Source: a virus
Virus record (IMG/VR): IMGVR_UViG_3300022188_000006
Span: 92,276-156,275 of that record
DNA: 64,000 nt
Strand: one strand, 5' to 3'
Under the pieces are notes generated by a model. It saw only the letters and a program-made list of their open reading frames with translations. It was not told the DNA's origin and searched no databases. This document shows positions 9,761 to 18,851 of the stretch, one piece after another. Position numbers and translations under genes: made by a program. Every line of letters begins with the position of its first letter. Position 1 is the stretch's first letter.

Positions 9761-10711
9761 CTAGCCCTTCTTGCGGCCTCGCGCAGCCATCTGCTGGAAG
9801 CGCTTCTTCCCGTACTTGGCACGACCGAGACTGGCAGCCAAGGCAGCAGGGTTCTTCACGTCGCCACGCCGCCGCAGCTTGTCCTCCAAAGCCTCGAACC
9901 GGGCGCCTTCACCGGGAGGAGCTTTTGCCGAAGGCTCGCTCTTTCCGCCCTTCAGCGAACCGGGCTTGACCTTCCGTCCCTTACGGGTCTTCTCGATCTC
10001 GAAACCTGGGACCGACTCGTTCTCCTCGCAGAGGCTGTGCAGGATCTCATCCAGGGACTTCCCCGCGGCCGCCATCTCTTGGAACCGCTTCTTGCCCCAC
10101 TTTTTCCGGCCGATCCAAGCAGCCACGGCCTTCGGGTTCTTCACCCCGGGCTTCCCGCGAAGCTCCTCAACAAGCTCATCGAACCGCTTGCCACTGCCAA
10201 GCTTCGGCTTTTTCTTTTCCACCTTACCGTTCAGCGACTTGATCAGATCGTCCTCAGAAAACTCGACAGAAAAGCCGGCTTTGTTGACCCGAATATCCCG
10301 CAAACCCTGGGCAAACAGACCGATTGCCATGATCGCCTTGTGCGCAGCCTTCTCGCACTCAAGAATGAGCGAACGGACGCGATCAGCATCGCTGTCCAGC
10401 TCGTTCACGCTGTCACGGAGACGCTTGCCAACAAGCTCGGCCTGCCGACGAGTCCGGTCCATCTTCACGCCGGGAAGGGTTTCTGCCAGGTCGACGGCCT
10501 GGTCGACGAGGCCTGCACAGGCCAGCACCTTTGCTGCAGCACCGCGCCAGTCTCCCTTTCCGCGAAGCCCCTTGGCCATGTCCACGGCACTTAGAGCCTC
10601 CTCAACCATTGTCAGGAGCATCTCCTTCCTGGTCTTGTTCTTGCTCACCTTGGCGAGGCTCCCAAGAAAGCCCTTCTCAAGGTTCTCGCTCATTTCGTTT
10701 CTCATCGTCAT
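9761..10711 (-). CDS. Basic protein with two copies of a ~47-aa repeat
   Basis: RFxxLxxxL..VKNPxAxAAxxGRxKxGKKRFQxMAAxG occurs twice; RBS AGGAG. Confidence 0.75.
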   Translation of the reverse strand: MTMRNEMSENLEKGFLGSLAKVSKNKTRKEMLLTMVEEALSAVDMAKGLRGKGDWRGAAAKVLACAGLVDQAVDLAETLPGVKMDRTRRQAELVGKRLRDSVNELDSDADRVRSLILECEKAAHKAIMAIGLFAQGLRDIRVNKAGFSVEFSEDDLIKSLNGKVEKKKPKLGSGKRFDELVEELRGKPGVKNPKAVAAWIGRKKWGKKRFQEMAAAGKSLDEILHSLCEENESVPGFEIEKTRKGRKVKPGSLKGGKSEPSAKAPPGEGARFEALEDKLRRRGDVKNPAALAASLGRAKYGKKRFQQMAARGRKKG

Positions 10712-10738
10712 TCTCCTAGCTCTAATGAAACATGGACC

Positions 10739-11101
10739 TTACTCGTCCGTGCCTTCCTTGTCTGCGTCCTCTCCCTGTTCACCTTCCTGCTCGGAATCAC
10801 CGGCAGTCCCTTCTGGACCTTCGTTGTCCACAGCGTCATCTGCCTTGTCAGCCCCCGCAGCAGGCTCCGTAGCAGCAGCTTTCTCGGTCTTCACCAGTTC
10901 CATGCTGATCTTGCAACCAGCACAGACCAGCTTGCCGTCTTTCGCCTCCATAGCTTCACCACACCTCGGACATGTCGCATTCTCCATTCGATTCTCCTTT
11001 TTCTTTCCGACAGCAGCACTTATAGCCCTTGTCACGGCATTAAGACCGCCGTCGAACTGACCAATACCAACAGCACCGCTAGTATCTATTGCCTTTTTCA
11101 C
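10739..11101 (-). CDS. Zn-ribbon protein with acidic tail
   Basis: CPRC..CAGC; start uncertain (GTG 11101 or ATG 10987). Confidence 0.6.
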   Translation of the reverse strand: MKKAIDTSGAVGIGQFDGGLNAVTRAISAAVGKKKENRMENATCPRCGEAMEAKDGKLVCAGCKISMELVKTEKAAATEPAAGADKADDAVDNEGPEGTAGDSEQEGEQGEDADKEGTDE

Positions 11102-11375
11102 GCAACACCTTTCTGTTGAACCTTGCCAACTCCTTTACTACCCTGACGTTTACCGCTCTCGGCTTTGGCTCCCGAACTTTTTTCGGACTAGGATCTTTTC
11201 TCGGTTCCTTTGGCTTTGGCACAGGAACCGTCAGCTTTGGCTTACGAACCGGGACGTTTTGGTCTTGTGTTGCGGGAACAGGACCCTTCGCCCAATCGTT
11301 GCCTCCGGGGCCTGAGCTTGCATTCCTAGCCGCGTCCCTCGCTGGCCGTTTACCTCTTTCCGGATGCCTTGCCAT
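11079..11375 (-). CDS. Lys/Pro-rich basic hypothetical protein
   Basis: ORF 11079-11426; ATG 11375 preferred as start. Confidence 0.5.
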   Translation of the reverse strand: MARHPERGKRPARDAARNASSGPGGNDWAKGPVPATQDQNVPVRKPKLTVPVPKPKEPRKDPSPKKVREPKPRAVNVRVVKELARFNRKVLREKGNRY

Positions 11376-11520
11376 CCCTGATTTCTTTCGCTTCCTTCTT
11401 AGAAACAACACCGGTGCTCTCGGCACCGCTGATTACAGCGCCACGAATCTTTGCGGCATTCCCAGAACGTAGGTGCAGCGACGCCAGATCTCGAAGAACC
11501 TCAGACACAATCTTGTTCAT
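11350..11520 (-). CDS. Small hypothetical protein (56 aa, not in the ORF track)
   Basis: ATGA overlap with the 11517 stop; MNKIVSEVLRDLASLHLRSG...KASGKR*. Confidence 0.55.
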   Translation of the reverse strand: MNKIVSEVLRDLASLHLRSGNAAKIRGAVISGAESTGVVSKKEAKEIRDGKASGKR

Positions 11521-12137
11521 GCCTTCGCCTTCAGCATTAAGTCGCGTCTCTTAGCCAAGGATACCGAAATGTCGCCAAAAATCAACGAAACGCCGAGCCA
11601 GAATGTCTTCTCAGCGTCAGTAATCGTGACCGACGGACTGGCTCTCAGACCCCTACGGCCATACTTCACCGCAAACTTTTCCGCCTTGCAAACACGCTTG
11701 TTCAGATTTTTTGTCTCGGCACGCATCTCTCTCCAGACACTAGGCTTGAATCGTTTGCAGTTGGGATCCCGCTCGATCCTATCAAGCAGAGCTTTTACCT
11801 CTGCGATCAGCACATCGCGTTCCTTGGCAAAATGTGCACTCTTGAAACCTCCGGCACCGCCCCGGCTCAACTCCGTCAACTTCTGCAGTCGCCGTTGCAT
11901 CACGGCAAGTCTTCGCTTGGCAGCAGCTTTTACATGGTCGCCCCTCGGGGATTCCTCCTCTCCGCCTTTCTTGGAAGCTGTGTCTTTCTTGGGTCCTCGA
12001 TAGGGAACAATGTGTCCATTCGGAAGCTTAATGACCCGCTGTCCACCTTGCCGTGTCCAGATTTCTCCCACGCGCCGGCGGACCCATTTCTCCACCGCAA
12101 TCTCTGCCAAATCTACAGCCCAGCTATACTGTCTCAC
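11517..12137 (-). CDS. Basic hypothetical protein with VGE-x-W hairpin motif
   Basis: GTGA overlap; AVEK..RRVGEIWTRQGGQRVIKLPNG. Confidence 0.7.
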   Translation of the reverse strand: MRQYSWAVDLAEIAVEKWVRRRVGEIWTRQGGQRVIKLPNGHIVPYRGPKKDTASKKGGEEESPRGDHVKAAAKRRLAVMQRRLQKLTELSRGGAGGFKSAHFAKERDVLIAEVKALLDRIERDPNCKRFKPSVWREMRAETKNLNKRVCKAEKFAVKYGRRGLRASPSVTITDAEKTFWLGVSLIFGDISVSLAKRRDLMLKAKA

Positions 12138-12679
12138 GACAGGATCCTCACCGTAACCATGAATGCCATCGGGCGCTTCCCGCGGCGCCTGAATGCTCGC
12201 CCCTGAATCACATACTTGTTACCTTGGCTAAATACTCCTTCGGCTTCCTCCTTGAAACCGTCTGACAAAAGCGCATCTCGCAGATCTGCGATTCTGCGAC
12301 CAACATCCTCCTCTGCATCGCACACGACCGTGATATGGTAGGTATCCCCTCTATGTGCAGAGGGGGAGAGCCGACAGCCGCCCCTCCAGCCGCCCATCTT
12401 CCGCGCGATTCTTGAGGCGAACCGTCTGATCCCGGCATCGCTTTCCTTCACCACACGCTCAATAGCAGCATTAAAGGCGAATAGTTCTTCGGTGGCCAAA
12501 TCCTTCCCATAGTCATCGCAGTCTTCGCACTTTTTCACGACGCCCCAAGCCATTTTGTGGCACAAAGCGTCGTCTTTATGTCGCTCGTAGCAGCTGTTGA
12601 ATACCTCCACCCACTGCCGCTGCTTCTTCTCGCTAAGGCCTCTTAGCTTGCTAGGTGGATTGTTCACGTCGTAAGGCAT
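12134..12679 (-). CDS. ChaB-domain protein with C-terminal extension
   Basis: MPYDVNNPP..L..KQRQWVEVFNSCY...CHKMAWGVVK matches the ChaB pattern; GGAGG before ATG 12679. Confidence 0.75.
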   Translation of the reverse strand: MPYDVNNPPSKLRGLSEKKQRQWVEVFNSCYERHKDDALCHKMAWGVVKKCEDCDDYGKDLATEELFAFNAAIERVVKESDAGIRRFASRIARKMGGWRGGCRLSPSAHRGDTYHITVVCDAEEDVGRRIADLRDALLSDGFKEEAEGVFSQGNKYVIQGRAFRRRGKRPMAFMVTVRILS

Positions 12680-13404
12680 GTTCCAGCCTCCCATTTCTTG
12701 AGGGTATCCTGACAAAACGCTGACAACCCCTCTAGTGCTGATGCAATACCGTTCTCCCGCGAAATAGCGGCAACACCGTGTCCGCGAGCACGCAATTCTC
12801 CCTCCGCAGGCTTCCGCCCGATGACATTGCCCTTCGCATCCATAAGGTAGGTGACACCGTGTCTCGTGACCTGTGCAGCCACACGCGGCAACTTCGTCCG
12901 CGTAGGCTTTTTCTTGGGATGCTCGGGCTTTCTCTCCGGTTTCTTTTCTGGTTTCTTCTCTGACTTTGCACTCGGAGCAGGCAGATTAGCTCGCCGTTCG
13001 CGCCGCTCGAACTCCTCTTTTAGTCTCTCTGGAACTTTGATCCCGTACTTTCCGAAATCTCTCGGATATATTGGCTGCCAAGACCCACCGATCTTCATAT
13101 GTGGCAATAGCCTCGCCCTCGGACCCGACCCGGTCCGATACCACTCGATTCGGCCCTCACTCGCGGGCTTCGGACGCTGGGTAGGACGGGCGCGGCCTTT
13201 CGGTTCCTCGTACACATATATCGGCTTCTTGCCGGGACGCTCGATCTTCCTCTTATATTTGTGTGGTCTCAGCCTCTGGGCAAATCCCATCACCCGGCTC
13301 ACGAAACCGGCCTTCAGTAGTTCCTCGCCGACGCCGCGCGACTTCGATACGTCGAAGACGAAGTCACACAGGGCCAGCAACACATCGAATCGCGCGTCGT
13401 TCAT
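12664..13404 (-). CDS. Basic hypothetical protein with leader and HKY hairpin motif
   Basis: LCDFVFDVSKS..ELLKA..HKYKRKIERPGKKPIYVY; ATGA overlap. Confidence 0.7.
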   Translation of the reverse strand: MNDARFDVLLALCDFVFDVSKSRGVGEELLKAGFVSRVMGFAQRLRPHKYKRKIERPGKKPIYVYEEPKGRARPTQRPKPASEGRIEWYRTGSGPRARLLPHMKIGGSWQPIYPRDFGKYGIKVPERLKEEFERRERRANLPAPSAKSEKKPEKKPERKPEHPKKKPTRTKLPRVAAQVTRHGVTYLMDAKGNVIGRKPAEGELRARGHGVAAISRENGIASALEGLSAFCQDTLKKWEAGTCLTT

Positions 13405-14243
13405 TTTCTTCTGCCGATAATCTGCGCGACACGCCGGACATCGCCCGGCGTATCAATCGAACCTGTCTCTTCAACCAGCTTCGCCAACTTCTTGAGGAAG
13501 TCTAGGTAATGATACCTTTCGAAGAGTTTGTAGCGCACGTTCTCCGGAAGAAGGTTCGGCGAGGGGTACTTTTTCAGTCCTCTCCGCGCTAGCTCTAGCT
13601 CACGCTTGAACGCTTCAAGCCTGTCGCGGTGGATGTCAGACATCTCTGCCGCCATTTCCTGCACAGCGGCATCGAGGTCCTTGATCCGCCTACGCAACTT
13701 CGCCGCAACCTCAGCACTATTCGATACCGAGAGAACATCCGCCAGTCGCTCAATATCGATCAGGCTGCGCCACGCCTCAGCCTTATCAGCATCAATTTGC
13801 CGAACATCACGTTTCCACTGATCATAAACATCCAGCAGACTCACGCCGATATCGGGACTTGTCTTCAGCCACTTCTTTCGCATCAAGTCGTAAACAGCGT
13901 CGTACTTGTCGAGGTCGGCACTTTCTAGGACGAAAAAGTTGATTGGATGCTGCGTCCCGGGAGCAAGCTTACCGCTAAGCCGTGTTGCATTCTCGACAAG
14001 TGCCAGCAAGGTCTCTGGATCGACGTCCACCACAATGGACACATCAATGTCCGACTCAGGATTATATCTGAGTCCGGTAATACTCCCGACCAGGTAAGCA
14101 GCGCGAGGCTTCACACCAAGCAGGAGTTTGCGTGCCTGCTGTCGAATCGCCCCCGCGATCTCCGGTCTGAGTACGTACCTGTCCCCGCGCTTGTACCAAA
14201 CAAGCGGGTCCAGTCCCGGCATCTTTTCATCTAATATGCTCAC
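13401..14243 (-). CDS. Pol-beta superfamily nucleotidyltransferase
   Basis: YLVGS-ITGLRYNPE-SDIDV; helical C-terminal domain. Confidence 0.8.
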   Translation of the reverse strand: MSILDEKMPGLDPLVWYKRGDRYVLRPEIAGAIRQQARKLLLGVKPRAAYLVGSITGLRYNPESDIDVSIVVDVDPETLLALVENATRLSGKLAPGTQHPINFFVLESADLDKYDAVYDLMRKKWLKTSPDIGVSLLDVYDQWKRDVRQIDADKAEAWRSLIDIERLADVLSVSNSAEVAAKLRRRIKDLDAAVQEMAAEMSDIHRDRLEAFKRELELARRGLKKYPSPNLLPENVRYKLFERYHYLDFLKKLAKLVEETGSIDTPGDVRRVAQIIGRRK

Positions 14244-14524
14244 GTCTGGGCCTTCGCTTTCTTTTCTTCTTCGAGGACTGACTCCATGACAAGGAGCGCA
14301 GAATAGTAATCCGGATACTCAGCCAAGTGATCCAACGCAATCTGAGTGGCCACGTCTCGCCTGTCCGTGTGCTCCATCTCGATCTCGATACCGATGGCCA
14401 GCTGAACCGGGTCGACATCTTGCTCGGTAACGCCCTTCTTTGCCGCCATCCCGTTTAGCAGTGGCCTAGTGTCTCCTCTGCTCGACGCCCTCTGTTCTAC
14501 CGCCTTTTGGATTTTGTCAAACAT
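14240..14524 (-). CDS. DUF5661-like protein
   Basis: GIEIEMEHT....A..IALDHLAEYPDYYS. Confidence 0.75.
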   Translation of the reverse strand: MFDKIQKAVEQRASSRGDTRPLLNGMAAKKGVTEQDVDPVQLAIGIEIEMEHTDRRDVATQIALDHLAEYPDYYSALLVMESVLEEEKKAKAQT

Positions 14525-14536
14525 TTTGCTTTCCTG

Positions 14537-15064
14537 TCAGTTGCGCCCAAGCGGATGCTGTGCCATGTCCAGCAGATCCGGACTGTCCTCTCCTACCAAG
14601 TCGTCCAACAATCGTTTCTTCAGTGCTGTTAGTTCTTCCAAGGACGCACGCTCAAGATCTACTCCCTCTATGATGTGCCTGGTCGTCGTCTGTGTTACAG
14701 CCTTGGGAACAACGCCAGCCTCCATAAGAAGACTGGTTCGACGATGCAGGGCCGAAAGGGCCTTGTCCAAAAACGCAGCTCGCTGATTGGCACTCGAAGC
14801 CAGCGAATACTCCGACATGGCGCACCGGTAAATCTCATCGTATTTTTGACAGGCTTCGGCGACCTCGGCAGGTGGCTCAGCGTTCGATGTCTTCTCTGCT
14901 TCCTCTGCCTTCCACTGCTTGATCCAGTTTTCCACGGTCTGCTCTGTGCAACCTACAGCCTCGGCTATGTCGCTCTTGCGTGCACCCCTGATGTAGAGAC
15001 GGATCACGCGATCCTTTAGCCGCTCCCTTTCCTGCTTTGACATAGGGCCACGTCGTCTAGCCAT
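14537..15064 (-). CDS. HTH protein, probable terminase small subunit
   Basis: N-terminal HTH (ARKSDIAEAVGCTEQTVENW), helical core, DLERASLEEL tail; upstream of terL. Confidence 0.6.
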   Translation of the reverse strand: MARRRGPMSKQERERLKDRVIRLYIRGARKSDIAEAVGCTEQTVENWIKQWKAEEAEKTSNAEPPAEVAEACQKYDEIYRCAMSEYSLASSANQRAAFLDKALSALHRRTSLLMEAGVVPKAVTQTTTRHIIEGVDLERASLEELTALKKRLLDDLVGEDSPDLLDMAQHPLGRN

Positions 15065-15068
15065 ACCG

Positions 15069-15572
15069 CTATCCTGCCATTTGCAAGGTGTCGCCTACCT
15101 GCCGAATCCGGCCGGACTTAACAAGTACCTCCACCACCTCAGGAGCAACAGGATTTCTTTTACCATCAACACGCACAAGTACCGGTTGCGTCCCCATGGC
15201 CCTGTGCACCATTGTTATCCTGGCGTCATTTTGCAGAAAGAACATGAGATGGTTCGGATTCCTTATGATTCTTCCATCTGGATAGATCGGGGATCTGGCT
15301 GTCGATAGAGTCTTTGTCCTCGGCTCAAACAGCGTTTCCTTTGACTCAGGTTCTTTTCCTGCTACAGGTTCGCTTTTGCTTCCAAGAACACCGAGAACCT
15401 TGTCCAGCGCCTGCTCCACTGCACGCTCAGCCACTGCTATGTTTAGAGCAGGCGCAATTCTAGTCTTTTGCTCCGCAGGTCCTTTGTCCGCAATGACCGC
15501 GGTCCCGGCAGCACGAAGATTTTCTCCGTCCCAGACAAAATTCGTCTCATTCTGAACCCGGCGCATTGGCAT
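15069..15572 (-). CDS. Hypothetical protein
   Basis: Fills the gap between kinase and HTH genes; start uncertain. Confidence 0.55.
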   Translation of the reverse strand: MPMRRVQNETNFVWDGENLRAAGTAVIADKGPAEQKTRIAPALNIAVAERAVEQALDKVLGVLGSKSEPVAGKEPESKETLFEPRTKTLSTARSPIYPDGRIIRNPNHLMFFLQNDARITMVHRAMGTQPVLVRVDGKRNPVAPEVVEVLVKSGRIRQVGDTLQMAG

Positions 15573-17430
15573 TCGTCCGAGGAACAATTCTGACCATCGA
15601 ACCACAAAAACTCAAGGGCAGATCCTGCACAAACTTCTCTGGGGTGTTCGTCGTAATTCGCTCGCCCAGGGGTCCCAGGTAACCGCCCATTACGTACTCC
15701 ACAAGCGGATTTTCCTCGCCGCTGAGCACCACAACCTTGTCACCCTTTAGGGCGATCTCCCCGACAAGCTTTTGGTCTTTTCCAGCACCGGTGTAGACCT
15801 GCATAATCTCAGCGTTCTCAGACTTCAATATGAAGTCCTCTAGTTGGCGCAGAGCCATCGCAACAGTAGCCATCTCTGCCGCGTGTGGTTTCGGTTTAGG
15901 TGGCTTAGGTGTCTGGAGAGACCTTGCTCCCATGGCAAGCTCTACCATGTTCAACGTGCGAGGTAACCTGCCTTTCTCCTTTATTCGCCTAAGACGCGCA
16001 ATGACACCGTTGGCTTCCTTACCTAGGCCCCATTTTTCCAAGGTTTTCTTTAGTTGTCCCTCGTCTACTTTTTGCAGCTGCGAGACGATCCGCTTGTCTA
16101 TCTTCCCGCCGTTGTACTCATGGGAAAGCCAGTGAGGCACAGACGTAAAACCGTGAAAATCGCCTCGTTCATCACTGATCGGGAAGTTGAACCCATTGTC
16201 GATCGCGAATGCTTGCTTTCGGTCAGCACTGACCAAGTAATTCCCGAAGTGCCTGTCTGTGGCCCCTGTAAGGTAGTCAAAGACGGCCATTTTTTCCACG
16301 GAAAACCTGAAATCAGGATCGTTTTCGAAGTGCATCTGCGTCTTCGCCCGTGAAAAGTCACTCCCGCTCATAGCCCCTTCGACAAAATGCTGCCTAGAAG
16401 CAGAAGCCTCCGGATTCAGTGCAGCCTCTTGCAGTTCCTTCAAGGCTTCTTTTGAGAGCTTATTTTCCTTGTAAGCAGCCTGGAGTTCTGGGTGCATCAG
16501 AACCTGCTTGACAACCCTTGCTCTATCCTCGGCCGCTACCTGCGTCTTTGTCTTTACTGTTGGCGGGACAATGCCGAAACCCAGCAACCTGTCCACCTCA
16601 AAAGCCGCCGCTTCGCGCGCCCCCACCGACACTTTTTCGTTGAGAATACCACGCCGCATGAAACTAATCGGTGGACCAAGTCCATCCGGCTTTGTTACGC
16701 TCTTGCTGCCATCAGGTGCCTGATCGAAGTAAACCAGTGTTCGGCTGTCAATGCCTGCTTGCTCCCGTTTCACCGGGTCAGAGCGCAGAGCTTTTTCTAC
16801 TTGCTCTAGGTGTCCTTCCCAAGGAGCTGACGAGAGTGCACCCTTCTTGTAAACAAAATCTCCCCATCCCGTCTCTTCGTCGTGCTTGGCCGGACCGGCC
16901 TCCCTCTCATCCAGCTTGTCGAGTTTTTCTGCTATCTCCCGCAATATGCCGTAAGCTTTCTGGATCTGCTCGGCATCCCCTTTCTTGAATCCATCACGCA
17001 AAAGCTGAGCAAACTCCTTCGCCCGTGTGCTAATCTGTTCCAGGACCTTCTTCTGATGCTCAGTAGTAGCCTTGGTTTTCATTTCGCGGAACCGCTCACC
17101 GAACTTCTTCATTAGTTCGGCAGACTTCCGCTTCAGGTCCGGTGTTGCCTGCCTCGACGATCTCAACTGTCGGACAACGCTCTCGACCTCCTGGGCCAGC
17201 TTCGATGTCTTCGGGGACGGCCCTGCCACGGTCTCAGTCTTTGCGCCCTTGGGCGGCGTGTCCGAATACTCATAGGTACCATCGGGCAATTTACGCCGCC
17301 AGAGATGGCGCTTCCTGCCCGTGCGTCCCTCTGGGTCTGGGGGCTCCCAATCACCGACCTTCGCTTTCAATAGCAGGCTAAACTGCGTCAGCGATTCAAC
17401 GATGGCTTCCCTGGAAAGATCCGCGATCAC
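15547..17430 (-). CDS. Multidomain protein: leader, hairpin, helical region, PI3/PI4-kinase-like domain, C-terminal partner-like domain
   Basis: SVTKP, AREAAAFEVDRLLGFGIVPPTV, FDYLTGATDRHFGNYL, AFAIDNGFNFP. Confidence 0.85.
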   Translation of the reverse strand: MIADLSREAIVESLTQFSLLLKAKVGDWEPPDPEGRTGRKRHLWRRKLPDGTYEYSDTPPKGAKTETVAGPSPKTSKLAQEVESVVRQLRSSRQATPDLKRKSAELMKKFGERFREMKTKATTEHQKKVLEQISTRAKEFAQLLRDGFKKGDAEQIQKAYGILREIAEKLDKLDEREAGPAKHDEETGWGDFVYKKGALSSAPWEGHLEQVEKALRSDPVKREQAGIDSRTLVYFDQAPDGSKSVTKPDGLGPPISFMRRGILNEKVSVGAREAAAFEVDRLLGFGIVPPTVKTKTQVAAEDRARVVKQVLMHPELQAAYKENKLSKEALKELQEAALNPEASASRQHFVEGAMSGSDFSRAKTQMHFENDPDFRFSVEKMAVFDYLTGATDRHFGNYLVSADRKQAFAIDNGFNFPISDERGDFHGFTSVPHWLSHEYNGGKIDKRIVSQLQKVDEGQLKKTLEKWGLGKEANGVIARLRRIKEKGRLPRTLNMVELAMGARSLQTPKPPKPKPHAAEMATVAMALRQLEDFILKSENAEIMQVYTGAGKDQKLVGEIALKGDKVVVLSGEENPLVEYVMGGYLGPLGERITTNTPEKFVQDLPLSFCGSMVRIVPRTNANAPGSE

Positions 17431-17645
17431 TAGGCGCTAACCTCCCTAACAGCCCCGTCTTCAACAGGAACGACAGGGAAACCAAGAAACTCCTCCGGCA
17501 TAATAAGAGGTTCGCGCTCAAGAATCGGAACGAGTACCGTCCGGCCGTCCGCGCCTTTCCCTACACCAACAGACCGGGCTACCTTTACCTCTCTGTTTAT
17601 GCGCTGGAGCAGTTTCTGTGCGGCAACACGTTCTTCGTTGGTCAT
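17430..17645 (-). CDS. Small protein resembling protease pro-region-like domains
   Basis: SVGVG...VLV...MPEEFLGFPVVPVEDGAV. Confidence 0.55.
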   Translation of the reverse strand: MTNEERVAAQKLLQRINREVKVARSVGVGKGADGRTVLVPILEREPLIMPEEFLGFPVVPVEDGAVREVSA

Positions 17646-17646
17646 T

Positions 17647-18840
17647 TTACGGAATCACTTTCATCAATTGCTTCTCGAAATCAACCAGAGTCTTTTGAAC
17701 TGCTTTCTCGATCAACCCCCTCGGATCCTCGAAAGATTTCCCAGCAGACAAACGGGCGTGCAAACCAGCTGTCATCCGCTCGATGTTAAACTCTTCGCGA
17801 AGGTCGTCTTCGTCATCCTTGAACATAATGATTTTCAGTAGATTTTCGAATTGTTCAGGCGAAAGCTTTTCCATCTGCCGCTTTACCCTATTGAACTCCC
17901 GCATGTTCCTGTAATTTTGGGGATCCATACCATCCAGGAAATCGCGCTTCAACTGCTCTTTTGTCCTCCCCCTTCCACGCCTGCCCAGACTAAGTTTGAA
18001 GTACCCCATTTCGCTCATTAGGCTGTTCAGCAGCTCTTGTTCCTTTTCTGTCAATTTCACCCCAGCAGCCTTCAGAGCTTCTAAGTATCTCCGCTTTGAT
18101 TCTTTTGTCATGTGATCCGCCAAACCAGTGGCCTGTCGCAGCTGCATCACAAGCTTCGTGCCTCGTTTCCGCCCAGTCGGCTCCCAATCCTGCTTTTCCT
18201 TCGCGCCCTTCTTACCTACCTTCTTCATGTACTCGTCGTAAGCCTTCGAGCCACGTCGCACACGAACGATGGTGCCGTCCTTCCTCTTCGTCCATAGAGC
18301 CATGCCGCGTCCCTCAAAGCCAGACTTGGCCCACCAGAATTCCCCGACCTCGCGACGCTTCCGCGGCCCCGTCCGCCCGGCCTGGCCTGTTCCCTTCCCG
18401 CTTGTACCGAGCTTCAAGGCTCTTTTGCGCTGTTGCTTCGTAGTATAGCGTGGCTTCTTCGACTTGACTTTTTTGGGCTTTGCCTTTGCTTTTGCCTGCG
18501 CCCGCTTTTGCTGCATCAGCTTTGCCTTCGTCTTCCCGGACAGCTTGCGTTCTCTCTTTCCGGGTATCTTCCGCGGACGACCCTTGATGCCAACATCGCC
18601 GCCTCGCATGCTAGGCCCAACCGGCGCCTTCCCAAGCTTGATGAGTTCCTCTTCCTCATTCGCAATGAACTCATCTCCTACCCCGGCCATCTGGGCGACC
18701 GACGGGAGCGAGAAAGCGGAAGCCAAATCCCCAGCTTCTTTGCCAAGGACAATGTCCACAGCTCGCTTCTCAGGCAAGTCCTTTTCCTTTCGCCGACGCA
18801 CTGCCTGCTCCAGAATCTCCAACGTTTCGAAAAGCGCCAT
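17647..18840 (-). CDS. Highly basic Lys/Arg-rich protein with VGE-x-W hairpin
   Basis: Start moved to ATG 18840 (AAGGAG); REVGEFWW...LWTKRKDGTIV. Confidence 0.75.
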   Translation of the reverse strand: MALFETLEILEQAVRRRKEKDLPEKRAVDIVLGKEAGDLASAFSLPSVAQMAGVGDEFIANEEEELIKLGKAPVGPSMRGGDVGIKGRPRKIPGKRERKLSGKTKAKLMQQKRAQAKAKAKPKKVKSKKPRYTTKQQRKRALKLGTSGKGTGQAGRTGPRKRREVGEFWWAKSGFEGRGMALWTKRKDGTIVRVRRGSKAYDEYMKKVGKKGAKEKQDWEPTGRKRGTKLVMQLRQATGLADHMTKESKRRYLEALKAAGVKLTEKEQELLNSLMSEMGYFKLSLGRRGRGRTKEQLKRDFLDGMDPQNYRNMREFNRVKRQMEKLSPEQFENLLKIIMFKDDEDDLREEFNIERMTAGLHARLSAGKSFEDPRGLIEKAVQKTLVDFEKQLMKVIP

Positions 18841-18851
18841 CTGCCGCTCCT

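Noticed and set aside
9689-11060. 301-aa and 429-aa + strand ORFs (also 50069-51097, 58912-59787 and others)
   Set aside because: Antisense to well-supported genes, with no recognisable motifs
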